From the sequence record MG655269.1: a stretch of 64,000 nt of DNA; one strand, written 5' to 3'. The position numbers and the translations under genes are program-made. The notes beneath the pieces are model-generated. The model saw only the letters and a program-made list of their open reading frames with translations, was not told the origin of the DNA and made no database searches. Positions 45,652 through 54,299 of the stretch are shown piece after piece. The first letter of the stretch is position 1. Every line of letters starts with the position of its first letter.

Positions 45652-46155
45652 TTACACTAAAATGCCGTTAAAAGCCACCGGGTCATTACCCAGGAATGGG
45701 TTGTACCGAACCACGGACCCTAATGTGTAATCGTAATAAATGAAATCCAAGCATTGCGCACCCTGGTAGGTAGTCCATGACTTTGATAGATAACCATTGC
45801 GATCTAACGCAACGTAAGCTGGACGACTCGATAACGGGGTAAACTTCATCAACACTTGTGGCTGGTTGTTGAGGTTGTTTGTAAATACAGGCAGGGAAGG
45901 ATGAGCATGCCTTGCAATGGAGCACAACCAAGAGTCGTAGGTAAACCACTCTTTATACGGTGTGCCGTACATGTTGTTGGATGTGTTCAATGTAGTATTA
46001 ACATATTTACCGGCAGTAGCAGACATACTGGTACTTGCGTTCGCTACCTTTGTATATTTAGCGGTATTAGCTGTAAGCCACTCCTGGAATTGCGCATAGG
46101 TCATCTTAGTACCTATCTGTGGCTGTGACTTACTGCCCATTAACATCTCTAACAT
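45652..46155 (-). CDS. Hypothetical protein, paralog of 46168-46677 (possible tail-fibre-associated)
   Basis: MLEMLM start; WL..NT.KY, MYGTPY, IARHA.P, LNRNGY.S and LDFIYYD motifs shared with the neighbour. Confidence 0.78.
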   Translation of the reverse strand: MLEMLMGSKSQPQIGTKMTYAQFQEWLTANTAKYTKVANASTSMSATAGKYVNTTLNTSNNMYGTPYKEWFTYDSWLCSIARHAHPSLPVFTNNLNNQPQVLMKFTPLSSRPAYVALDRNGYLSKSWTTYQGAQCLDFIYYDYTLGSVVRYNPFLGNDPVAFNGILV

Positions 46156-46167
46156 GGTAACTCCTGA

Positions 46168-46677
46168 TTAGATCAACACCCCGTTAAACGGTACCGGTGT
46201 GCCGCCATTTAACGGAGTCCACCGCATCACAACACCCTGGGTATTGTCGTAGTAAATAAAGTCAAGCACAGTACGACCGTTAAATGATCCGTAAGACAAG
46301 CTGGTGTAACCGTTACGATTGAGGCCTGAATAGGCACTTTTGGTAACATAAGGTCCAAGCTTCATTAAACAAAACTGTTTATTCGCCAACATGTAATCAA
46401 ACATCGTTTGTGCCGGACACGCATGTCGTGCGATCCTTGCCCAAGTTGAATCGTGAGTACAGGAGTTTAAATAGGGGGTACCCCACATGTTACCGCCATC
46501 AGCCGTCATGGAGATCCTGGCATAGCCGTTCGTAAACGTGGTGGACGAAGGGGTGCCTGTATTCGACGCTGCACTGACCGCACTGTACTTAGTGGTATTG
46601 GTATTTAACCAAGTAACAAAATCCGCATAGCTCATCTTTACAGTTTTCTTGCCAGCGTACATTAATAACTCGAGCAT
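46168..46677 (-). CDS. Hypothetical protein, paralog of 45652-46155
   Basis: MLELLM start; SD GAGGTGGAG; same motifs as the neighbour. Confidence 0.78.
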   Translation of the reverse strand: MLELLMYAGKKTVKMSYADFVTWLNTNTTKYSAVSAASNTGTPSSTTFTNGYARISMTADGGNMWGTPYLNSCTHDSTWARIARHACPAQTMFDYMLANKQFCLMKLGPYVTKSAYSGLNRNGYTSLSYGSFNGRTVLDFIYYDNTQGVVMRWTPLNGGTPVPFNGVLI

Positions 46678-46748
46678 AACTCCACCTCAAAATAAAATCC
46701 CGTTAGCAAGGGTTCTGGTTCTCTAATACATGACTTATAGGATTTAGC

Positions 46749-46778
46749 CGGCATAACGGAGCAGGCAACGCCTACTCC
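46749..46778 (-). terminator. Hairpin GGAG.AGGC/GCCT.CTCC with TTATGCCG on the minus strand
   Basis: CGGCATAA two bases from the stem; downstream of the minus gene ending at 46819. Confidence 0.65.
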
Positions 46779-46818
46779 TGAATCCTGGTGTGAATAACGG
46801 TTGGTCGATTGGGGTATT

Positions 46819-47796
46819 TTAACCCGCTGTAGTTTGATCTGGGTAACCTCGACCTGTCCCCCAGACAATACGAACAATACCATCAGCACCACTACCTAAC
46901 AAACTGGTGCCGTCACTCTTGTACTGACTTGCCCCGCCGCCGCCTGCGCCCCCACCTGGAATCGCGGTAGGTATCCCCGCCCCTGATCCTGGCATATCCT
47001 TGATACGTCCTGTCGATTTAATTCCCCCACCACCTCGACCAGTATAGATCTTGGTAGTGCCTTGGGTCGTCAGGGTAACATTCCCGCCATAACCCGCTCC
47101 CGTATCCGCAGGGTTAGTGGGGGTTGCACCATAAGCACATCCTGTGCCGCCATCGCCCATGTAACCGCCTGCACCGCCACCGCCGACCGCACGTGTCGTT
47201 AATGACCCGGTGCCACCCTTTCCACCTGTACCACCCCCAACAATAGGTTTGGTAGCAGGGTTCTGGATAGGGTTGTTCGCGATCCCGGCTAACACACCGC
47301 CGACGACATTTAACAGCCCGCCGACCAAACCGCCTACTAATCCCCCTACTATATCCACCAATACCAGATCCAGGAGATTACCGGAAAGTCCATTCGACTG
47401 CGGCATGACGGTAACTGCCGTGTTACCGGATGCGTCCTCCCCGCCACCCACTGCTTTTAACAGATAAGTGCCATTACGCGCTATCCCGGAGAAAGACCCT
47501 TTATTCGCCGTGAAGGCGGTTTTAACGGGTGTTGGCGTACCAATCCCACCTTGCCCTACCACAACCGTCATCTTCTCACCAGGAGTCACAGGGATCGCAT
47601 TACGATAACGTAACGTTCCGCCATTCCCGCCGGTGTGTACAAGGGTAGTGCTACTGGCTGATTGCCCACCCCCTACTGCGACGGCACTCATGCTCGTTGC
47701 CCCTTCTGGCACAATCAGTTCGTACACCCCCGCCTTTGTGAAGAGCGTCTCTAGGGGTAACTTAATGTGTGTCTTGTTTAACAATAACCCAATCAT
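46819..47796 (-). CDS. Glycine-rich putative virion/tail-fibre-associated protein
   Basis: VPEGATSMSAVAVGGG, GGNGG.L.Y.N.IPVTPGE and G.G.DG.VRI.WG motifs of phage glycine-rich domains. Confidence 0.72.
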   Translation of the reverse strand: MIGLLLNKTHIKLPLETLFTKAGVYELIVPEGATSMSAVAVGGGQSASSTTLVHTGGNGGTLRYRNAIPVTPGEKMTVVVGQGGIGTPTPVKTAFTANKGSFSGIARNGTYLLKAVGGGEDASGNTAVTVMPQSNGLSGNLLDLVLVDIVGGLVGGLVGGLLNVVGGVLAGIANNPIQNPATKPIVGGGTGGKGGTGSLTTRAVGGGGAGGYMGDGGTGCAYGATPTNPADTGAGYGGNVTLTTQGTTKIYTGRGGGGIKSTGRIKDMPGSGAGIPTAIPGGGAGGGGASQYKSDGTSLLGSGADGIVRIVWGTGRGYPDQTTAG

Positions 47797-47853
47797 GCAT
47801 CATCCTTCTAGAATGAGTACCTTGACGACCTACTCGCGTCATAGCATTCCAGC

Positions 47854-47897
47854 CGGCATAAGGGAGTGGATACCCTGACCGTAGCCAAGGTATCCAC
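47854..47897 (-). terminator. Hairpin GTGGATACC/GGTATCCAC with CTTATGCCG on the minus strand
   Basis: 9-bp perfect stem just after the DNA polymerase stop, with CGGCATAAG four bases beyond the stem. Confidence 0.7.
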
Positions 47898-47905
47898 GTG
47901 GTGCG

Positions 47906-49627
47906 TCAAGCCGCAGCCATGAAATCGATCTCGATGTGTTTTTCTACCATAAAGTCTTTCAGTAACGTAATGGTCTCAGGTGCTTTGTACAACTTACGTG
48001 CAAGTTCACCGGCATTGTTCATACCGCCGGCTGCCAGGTTTACTGCCACCTGACGATATTCGGTATCATCCAATCCTTCGATCTGGGTCATCTCAATCCA
48101 GGTGGTTTGTTTCCCCACATTCATGATAACCGTACCGGTCGGGTATGCCCCTTCTACGTCGATGTCGTTCGTACCGGTGCGCACATAGGACTTGACATTC
48201 GGCAGTTCTTTAAACATCGCTTTGCCGTTTAAAGCAACCAGCTCTGTTGGGAGCATGACGATCCAGCCACCCAGCCCCTGAATGTGATCATCCAGTTCGG
48301 TACGCATCTGATCTGATGTGGTACCCCAGATATACCCTTCTTTCATCACATCGTAATGCATCGCCTCAGCGATACGTGTCGGCTGCGATATAAAGTTACG
48401 GTAGTCTGACACCCCGCAGAACGTTGGAACCGCTACAGAGAGATCTGAGGTCTTCTCGTCCATCATTTCAACCACGATGCAGTCGAAGATGTTATACATC
48501 ACATATTCGTACTTGTAGTTACTCTGCATGAACTCATGCCAGTCCGCCCCGTGGTACCCTTCAGCTTCACTGAACTTCATCTTGGTCACCCCGAGTACTT
48601 TCTCAGCGATGTTATCCAGTTTGTAGTTCAGCTCTTTACCGTTCATGGTGCGCAGGTAGTAATAGGCTGACATCGATTCAGCCCAACGGAACGACGCAGG
48701 GGCATTGACGTAAGGCCACTTCTCATAGTTAGCTAATGATGTCTTGGTGACTTCTTTGCCATCATTTTTTACTTTGTGGGTTTTGCCCTCGTAGTAATAA
48801 ACGTTACGGTACTCTTGCGGTACCGAGGGATCGCAAATAACGTCAGCAGGGTTGATGCCGGCATTAGTTAATGTTTGGGTAAGGACCTTGTAGTCGAACT
48901 CGAGTACGTTCCAACCAGTGATAAAATCAGGCATCCACTCATGGGCGCGTTCAAACAGTTTGACAAAGCCATCCGCCGCACTGTCAACCAACACGAACTC
49001 TGGGTTGGTGATGCTGCGTTTGGTTGCCCAGTCGCCCAGGTATTTATCCCAGGCCAGTTTCAGCTTCTGATGAATACGCTCATCCGCTTCCCCGCCAAAG
49101 TAGCGACGGATCACAAAGGTAAAGGTGCGTTCTTTAAAGGTTAAGGATGCCATGATCGGCTCACCCTTATACCGCTCGTCTACCATTTCGGTTTCGATAT
49201 CGAACACACTGATTTTGTACGGTGTAAAGGTATCAGGAAACTTCGCTTCATACATCGCTTTGACAATCGAAGAGGGTTCGATGTCAGCGCCATACACGTA
49301 CGGACTGCGACACACCCGACGCAACTGCTGATCAGTAGCGCCTTTTCCCAGCATCTTTGAGATGTGGTTAGGAAGATCCCACTGCGGGCAACTGAACTTC
49401 TGCAGCTTGGACAGCTCTTCGTAATCTTTCTTATCCTGGTGATTGCGGTACGCTGGTTTGGTGAGGTAGTAATCACGCTTCATGTCTTTGATGATGCGGG
49501 TGTGGGGTTTGCTGTTCCCGTTCTCGTCAATCACATTCTCTTTCACGAAGATGATGTCTGATTTGCCGCGCAGAGAAAGGGTATAGATCGCGTGCTTGCA
49601 TTCGAAACGAAGGTTATTGCTGCTCAT
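47906..49627 (-). CDS. Split family-B DNA polymerase, 3'-5' exonuclease/N-terminal subunit (phiKZ gp82-like)
   Basis: ExoI FDIETE, ExoII GWNVLEFD, ExoIII YNIFD and motif A DIDVEGAYP; lacks the remaining palm motifs. Confidence 0.9.
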   Translation of the reverse strand: MSSNNLRFECKHAIYTLSLRGKSDIIFVKENVIDENGNSKPHTRIIKDMKRDYYLTKPAYRNHQDKKDYEELSKLQKFSCPQWDLPNHISKMLGKGATDQQLRRVCRSPYVYGADIEPSSIVKAMYEAKFPDTFTPYKISVFDIETEMVDERYKGEPIMASLTFKERTFTFVIRRYFGGEADERIHQKLKLAWDKYLGDWATKRSITNPEFVLVDSAADGFVKLFERAHEWMPDFITGWNVLEFDYKVLTQTLTNAGINPADVICDPSVPQEYRNVYYYEGKTHKVKNDGKEVTKTSLANYEKWPYVNAPASFRWAESMSAYYYLRTMNGKELNYKLDNIAEKVLGVTKMKFSEAEGYHGADWHEFMQSNYKYEYVMYNIFDCIVVEMMDEKTSDLSVAVPTFCGVSDYRNFISQPTRIAEAMHYDVMKEGYIWGTTSDQMRTELDDHIQGLGGWIVMLPTELVALNGKAMFKELPNVKSYVRTGTNDIDVEGAYPTGTVIMNVGKQTTWIEMTQIEGLDDTEYRQVAVNLAAGGMNNAGELARKLYKAPETITLLKDFMVEKHIEIDFMAAA

Positions 49628-49727
49628 GATGAATGATAATCCTATGTCAAAACACTACAAAGTGCACCAGTGTTTAATACGCGTTATAACATCAGGCGTG
49701 CAACTACATTTATACAAAGGAGATCAC

Positions 49728-50990
49728 ATGATCCTATCTAGCGGTCTGGAAGCGATTAGCTTTCAAAAGAATCCGCTCTTTTACAAACAGCTGGTTGTCG
49801 AATTCGGCCGTCTGATGGAACTTGCTAAAGCCAACGGTAAGAAGCGCTTGACCGAAGAGATGATGGCGCAATCTAACCTGGCGAAGATCACCATGGCGAA
49901 CACCGGTATCAAAGTCTCGCCTGGGGTGGATACCCGCATGCAGTGTAATGCGTACGTTATGATCCCAAGTATCAACTCCTATCACGTCTTCAATGATCGC
50001 ATGCGTCAGATCTTCTCAGGGTATGCCGAATCGTTTGAGCAGTTTCGTAAAGCCAACGATGTGTTGATTGGGTTGGTTGATCTGCAGAACTCCAAAGTGG
50101 GCGGGGTCTTCTCGACTATTGATCACCGCATCTGTCTGTCGTACGACATGATGACCGACTACGACATGACTCCGGGTGAAGTCGCCGCCATCTACATGCA
50201 TGAAGTCGGCCATGCTTTTACCTTCCTGGAGATGCTGCATTATACCGCTACCACTAACCTGGTGCTGACGGCCGGCATTGAAGCGATCATCAAATCAGAA
50301 ACTTCTCGTAAGCATGTCATCTTAAGTGATATCGAAAACTCCTTAGGGATTAAGATCGATAATAAAGATGAACTGGTCGCTTACGACAAGTATGAAGATT
50401 ATGCTGTCACGATCCTGTCGAAGTACAACCGCACCCTAGCGGCAGCCCTGGGTTCACCGGCACACGATGAATCGATGTCTGAGCAGATGGCGGATATGTT
50501 TGCCACCCGACATGGCGCGGGATTGGATCTGGCGCGCGGATTGTCCCGTATTCACAAATATTACAATTCACCGAAGTTTAAGTTTGCCCGCTATCTGGAG
50601 ATCTTTGTTGGCATCCTGCAGACCATGGGTTTGTCCCTGGTGTTCGATGTGCTGGGAGTGATCGTTGTCCTGACTGTCGGTAACTTCTTTGGTGGGACGT
50701 ATGACCGGGCGAAAGACCGTTTCATCCGCATGCGTAATGAGATCGTGGTCGGCCTGAAAGATGAAGAGATCAGTGCAGCTGACCGCAAACTCTTGATCAG
50801 TCATATCGCCGAGCTGGACAAGATCATTGCCCAGGCCAAAAACGAAAGCTCCTTTGTCGAGCAGCTGTCCCTGGTGGTGCGCGCCAGCCAGCGTGAGCGT
50901 TATGCCAGCAAGTACCTGCAAAAGGATCTTGAAGCCCTTCTTAATAATCCGCTCTATGTCAGTGCGGCCAAACTGAAAACATTGCAATAA
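49728..50990 (+). CDS. Virion head protein (phiKZ gp83-like) with an HExxH metallopeptidase motif
   Basis: SD AAGGAG before ATG 49728; N-terminal SGLE-A maturation site; YMHEVGH and EQMADMFA motifs. Confidence 0.72.
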   Translation: MILSSGLEAISFQKNPLFYKQLVVEFGRLMELAKANGKKRLTEEMMAQSNLAKITMANTGIKVSPGVDTRMQCNAYVMIPSINSYHVFNDRMRQIFSGYAESFEQFRKANDVLIGLVDLQNSKVGGVFSTIDHRICLSYDMMTDYDMTPGEVAAIYMHEVGHAFTFLEMLHYTATTNLVLTAGIEAIIKSETSRKHVILSDIENSLGIKIDNKDELVAYDKYEDYAVTILSKYNRTLAAALGSPAHDESMSEQMADMFATRHGAGLDLARGLSRIHKYYNSPKFKFARYLEIFVGILQTMGLSLVFDVLGVIVVLTVGNFFGGTYDRAKDRFIRMRNEIVVGLKDEEISAADRKLLISHIAELDKIIAQAKNESSFVEQLSLVVRASQRERYASKYLQKDLEALLNNPLYVSAAKLKTLQ

Positions 50991-51003
50991 GGATTCATCA
51001 GAA

Positions 51004-51510
51004 ATGATTATTGACGTAGCAGAATTAAAGAAACAGATCGTGTCGGTGCGTTCTATTGCAGAGATCCCAACTACCCTGCGTACTAAACTGATTGAAACCG
51101 GTCTGGCCCGTGCGGTAGCGTATGGTGTTGATCTGCCAAAAGAGCTGGTCGGTAACCCGGTCTCCTATTTCGCCAGCAACGCCACTGACGCTAAGCAGGC
51201 ACTGGCGGTGATCAACGAAACCAACGTGATCAACATCTCCCGTATCCTGTCACTCGCCACCATCATCTGGCAGGCACGCTACAACATGGTTTATCTGCCA
51301 GCCACTCGCGAGTCCATGGAGTTGACTCATCAGGTATTGTCCGATCAACGCGAATGGTTATTCGATGCAGAGCAGCAGGATTTCCTGTCGGCGACCATTG
51401 GCGACGGCACTGTGCAAGACAGCCTGAAGCTGGCTCTGTTAACCTTCACCTGCCCGGCTGTGATCAACCCTAACCAGGTAGCACCAGTCACCACCGCTGA
51501 CGAGGAGTAA
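51004..51510 (+). CDS. Virion structural protein (phiKZ gp84-like by position)
   Basis: SD AAGGA; position in the head/baseplate cluster. Confidence 0.62.
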   Translation: MIIDVAELKKQIVSVRSIAEIPTTLRTKLIETGLARAVAYGVDLPKELVGNPVSYFASNATDAKQALAVINETNVINISRILSLATIIWQARYNMVYLPATRESMELTHQVLSDQREWLFDAEQQDFLSATIGDGTVQDSLKLALLTFTCPAVINPNQVAPVTTADEE

Positions 51511-51512
51511 TC

Positions 51513-52979
51513 ATGTCTATTGATCTGATCGCTTCCTTTATCGACGATTCGGGCAATGTCCCGATGACGGCGCTGACTGTGGTAAAGAAAGAGAACGACG
51601 AAGCCAACGCACAACTGCCGAAACAGGTAGCGATGCTGAAAGCCTCTAACGAACGTATCGTTGAACTTCAGTCTGTGATCGAGCGCGTACGTCGTGAAGG
51701 CATGAGTCGTGAAGTTGCCGCGATTGTTGCCTCGATTGCACCTGAAGCGTTGCCGGTTGGCTACGGTGCTGAAGGTTTCACTGAGCAACCCTCAAAGCTC
51801 GGGATGGCTGCTGGTCTGGAATCGATCACCGCCTATGTGATTGATGGTATCAAACGTCTGATTGCGTTCCTGATTGATAAGGCCAAGAAAGCCGCTGCCT
51901 TTATTGTGGATCAGTATCGTCGTCTGACGGGCATTGCTCCCACTGCGTACAAGATCGATCGTCGTGCTGCTTATCTTACGGCGATGTCTGCCCGGTTTGC
52001 TCAGCATTTCGGTACGGATCTGGCGACCCTGTTAGAGCAGGATATCAATGCCGGTTTTACCAGTATCGAAAGTACTCGCATGGTATTAAGCGGTATGTTT
52101 GCTGATGCGGAAGTGTTGCAGGCGGATCTGTCTAAATATGGCAAGCACATCAATGTCATGTCCAAACAGATCGAAGCGTTACTGGCAGATGCGCCAACGC
52201 GTGTGGTGCGGGTCAATGCGATTGTTAATGATGTCACGGTATCGCGCAATGGCAGCAACGATCGCAGTGCAGAGATCCTGCGTCTGATCGACACCCGTAA
52301 CCTCGATGCCCTGGTCAGTACCTTGCGCAGCGTCAGTAAGTTACTGGTCAGCAGCCCGATGTACAAATCCACTGGCACTGGTAAAGACGGCAAAATCAAA
52401 CAGACTATCCTTGAGCAGTTAAACAGCGATGGTTTCCGTGAGATGATGTCCGGCCTTTCCATGGCTGCTAATGCTGGCATGACCCACACCATGGACATGA
52501 CGGATGCCTCGGCGATCATTCGTTCACGTAATCTGGCTGAGGCTGTTAAAGAGCTCACCAATTACGAAGAAGTGAAGAAGCGTTCACTGGATGACCTCAA
52601 GTCTGCTACTGGTTCGATCAACAGCAACAAATATGTGCAGGCCGCTGAACAGTCACCGGGTGATGACCCGACCATGGCAGCTGTGGTGCAGTTTAACCAA
52701 TACTGGGATGATGTCACGACCGCCGTAAAAGTGGCACAGGACATCACCACCGCCTACGCGGAGACAGTATTCAAACTGCAGCTGTTCTCGGTGCGTTGTC
52801 AAGACCTGGCGCTGGTACAGTGGTCCGCTAACCCAGCCAATGCCGGCCTGGCAGAAGCCAATGCCGCGACTGAACGTCTGCAGGCGGTGGTCAAGCAGTA
52901 TCTGGATAAGGTCGTGAAGAACACCACGGGCTTGAAAGGTGCGCTGGATGACCTCGGCAAACTGGTCAATCAACTGTAA
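51513..52979 (+). CDS. Internal head (ejection) protein, protease-processed
   Basis: GF T..PS..G..AGLE-S motif shared with the next ORF; S/A/G-X-E cleavage site. Confidence 0.7.
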   Translation: MSIDLIASFIDDSGNVPMTALTVVKKENDEANAQLPKQVAMLKASNERIVELQSVIERVRREGMSREVAAIVASIAPEALPVGYGAEGFTEQPSKLGMAAGLESITAYVIDGIKRLIAFLIDKAKKAAAFIVDQYRRLTGIAPTAYKIDRRAAYLTAMSARFAQHFGTDLATLLEQDINAGFTSIESTRMVLSGMFADAEVLQADLSKYGKHINVMSKQIEALLADAPTRVVRVNAIVNDVTVSRNGSNDRSAEILRLIDTRNLDALVSTLRSVSKLLVSSPMYKSTGTGKDGKIKQTILEQLNSDGFREMMSGLSMAANAGMTHTMDMTDASAIIRSRNLAEAVKELTNYEEVKKRSLDDLKSATGSINSNKYVQAAEQSPGDDPTMAAVVQFNQYWDDVTTAVKVAQDITTAYAETVFKLQLFSVRCQDLALVQWSANPANAGLAEANAATERLQAVVKQYLDKVVKNTTGLKGALDDLGKLVNQL

Positions 52980-52988
52980 GGAAATCGC

Positions 52989-54245
52989 ATGGAATCCACA
53001 TTACTTCAAACGATCAATGAAACCACGGAGTTGTGTGACTCTTTGATTTCGTTGTCACAACGTCTTGAGATGTTGGGTCCCATTGCTGCTGAATCCGTTA
53101 ACTTCGCAAAGATCCATGAATCGATTAACCTGAAGGTGGCGAAGATTGCCGCTTCGATGGAGTCGATTGAAGCTAACGGCATCAACCAGGAGGCAGTGTT
53201 AGAAATCAATACTGCCATGCCTGGTATCATTCCCAACACCATCCCTCTTAATGGATACACCAAAGCCCGCAGTCAGATGAATGTGGGGTTTGCCTTAGAG
53301 TCGTTGGAGTCAGGTAAAGCAGCAATGATCTCCGGTTCAGTAACAGGGATCGTGGCCGTGATCGTCAAACTGTTTCGTTGGGTTGTCATGACCATCAAGC
53401 AGTATGTCAAATCACGCCGTGATGCGAACCGTCTCGGTGTCTCTGTGACACAAGCACTGCAACGCGCGGGAACGATCAACGAATACCTGTTAGAGCAGTT
53501 GGCGAAAACCCCTGAAGCCAAAGCCGCTCGTCCGGGCTTTGAATGGCTGGTATCGATCTGGCGTCCGCAGGCTGGGATCTTTAAGTTCAATGAAGATGCA
53601 CTGGTGCAGTGGTGGCCAGAACTCGTCAATGAACTGGAGTACGAATACAACCAGATCAGCAAGGCGTTTGAAACCCTGCGTAGCGGTGGGTCGTTTGTCC
53701 CGAACATTGCGAAAGCGCATCAGTCTCCCTCCATGAAGCGTTTCTTTGAAGCCTTACCGCAAGGGACGGATCGTCAAGGGAACATCGTTGAGGTAGAGCT
53801 GGCGAAGAAGCAGTTTCAGGAGAACCCACAGCGTGCGTTGTTCCAGCTGGCTGAGCGTCTGCGCTACATGATCATGCGCGAGCCTAAATCAAAAGGTACT
53901 GACTTTGGGCAAGAGCTGATCTCAGTAGGTCGCAGTATTGAAGCTTACACCAATGTGGATCGTCTGGTGTTTGATCAGCTGAATACCTACGACACCAACA
54001 ACCGATTAGGGAAACTGGAAGAGGCGTTTGGTGCGTTGTATAAGCAAGTCCAAGCCACACGCTACACTGCAGACAAAGCCCTGGTTGATGAGTTCGTGGG
54101 TTACCTGAACCGTTATTCAGAAAAGCTTAACTGTTTCGTGCAACTGATCACCATTGTGAGTTACCTGGATAGCTGTAGTTTCCAGATCCTTGACAATGTA
54201 TCCAAAGCCACCATGAAGTACGTTGATATTGCTGCCAGTAATTAA
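52989..54245 (+). CDS. Internal head (ejection) protein, paralog of the previous gene
   Basis: GY T...S......ALE-S; multiple AXE/SXE sites in the N-terminal propeptide. Confidence 0.7.
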   Translation: MESTLLQTINETTELCDSLISLSQRLEMLGPIAAESVNFAKIHESINLKVAKIAASMESIEANGINQEAVLEINTAMPGIIPNTIPLNGYTKARSQMNVGFALESLESGKAAMISGSVTGIVAVIVKLFRWVVMTIKQYVKSRRDANRLGVSVTQALQRAGTINEYLLEQLAKTPEAKAARPGFEWLVSIWRPQAGIFKFNEDALVQWWPELVNELEYEYNQISKAFETLRSGGSFVPNIAKAHQSPSMKRFFEALPQGTDRQGNIVEVELAKKQFQENPQRALFQLAERLRYMIMREPKSKGTDFGQELISVGRSIEAYTNVDRLVFDQLNTYDTNNRLGKLEEAFGALYKQVQATRYTADKALVDEFVGYLNRYSEKLNCFVQLITIVSYLDSCSFQILDNVSKATMKYVDIAASN

Positions 54246-54247
54246 AT

Positions 54248-54299
54248 CGGCATAAAGGCCTGGCCCTCCGCAAGGAAGGCCAGAGCCTTACTTATGCCG
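54248..54299. terminator. Long bidirectional hairpin CGGCATAA...GCAA loop...TTATGCCG
   Basis: Nested inverted repeats (CGGCATAA/TTATGCCG, AAGGC/GCCTT, CTGGCC/GGCCAG) at a convergent junction; the right arm contains the minus-gene stop codon. Confidence 0.82.

Noticed and set aside
60-49627. Split RNA polymerases (two beta'-C copies) and a split DNA polymerase as a novelty
   Set aside because: Well established for phiKZ-related jumbo phages; annotated as features only.
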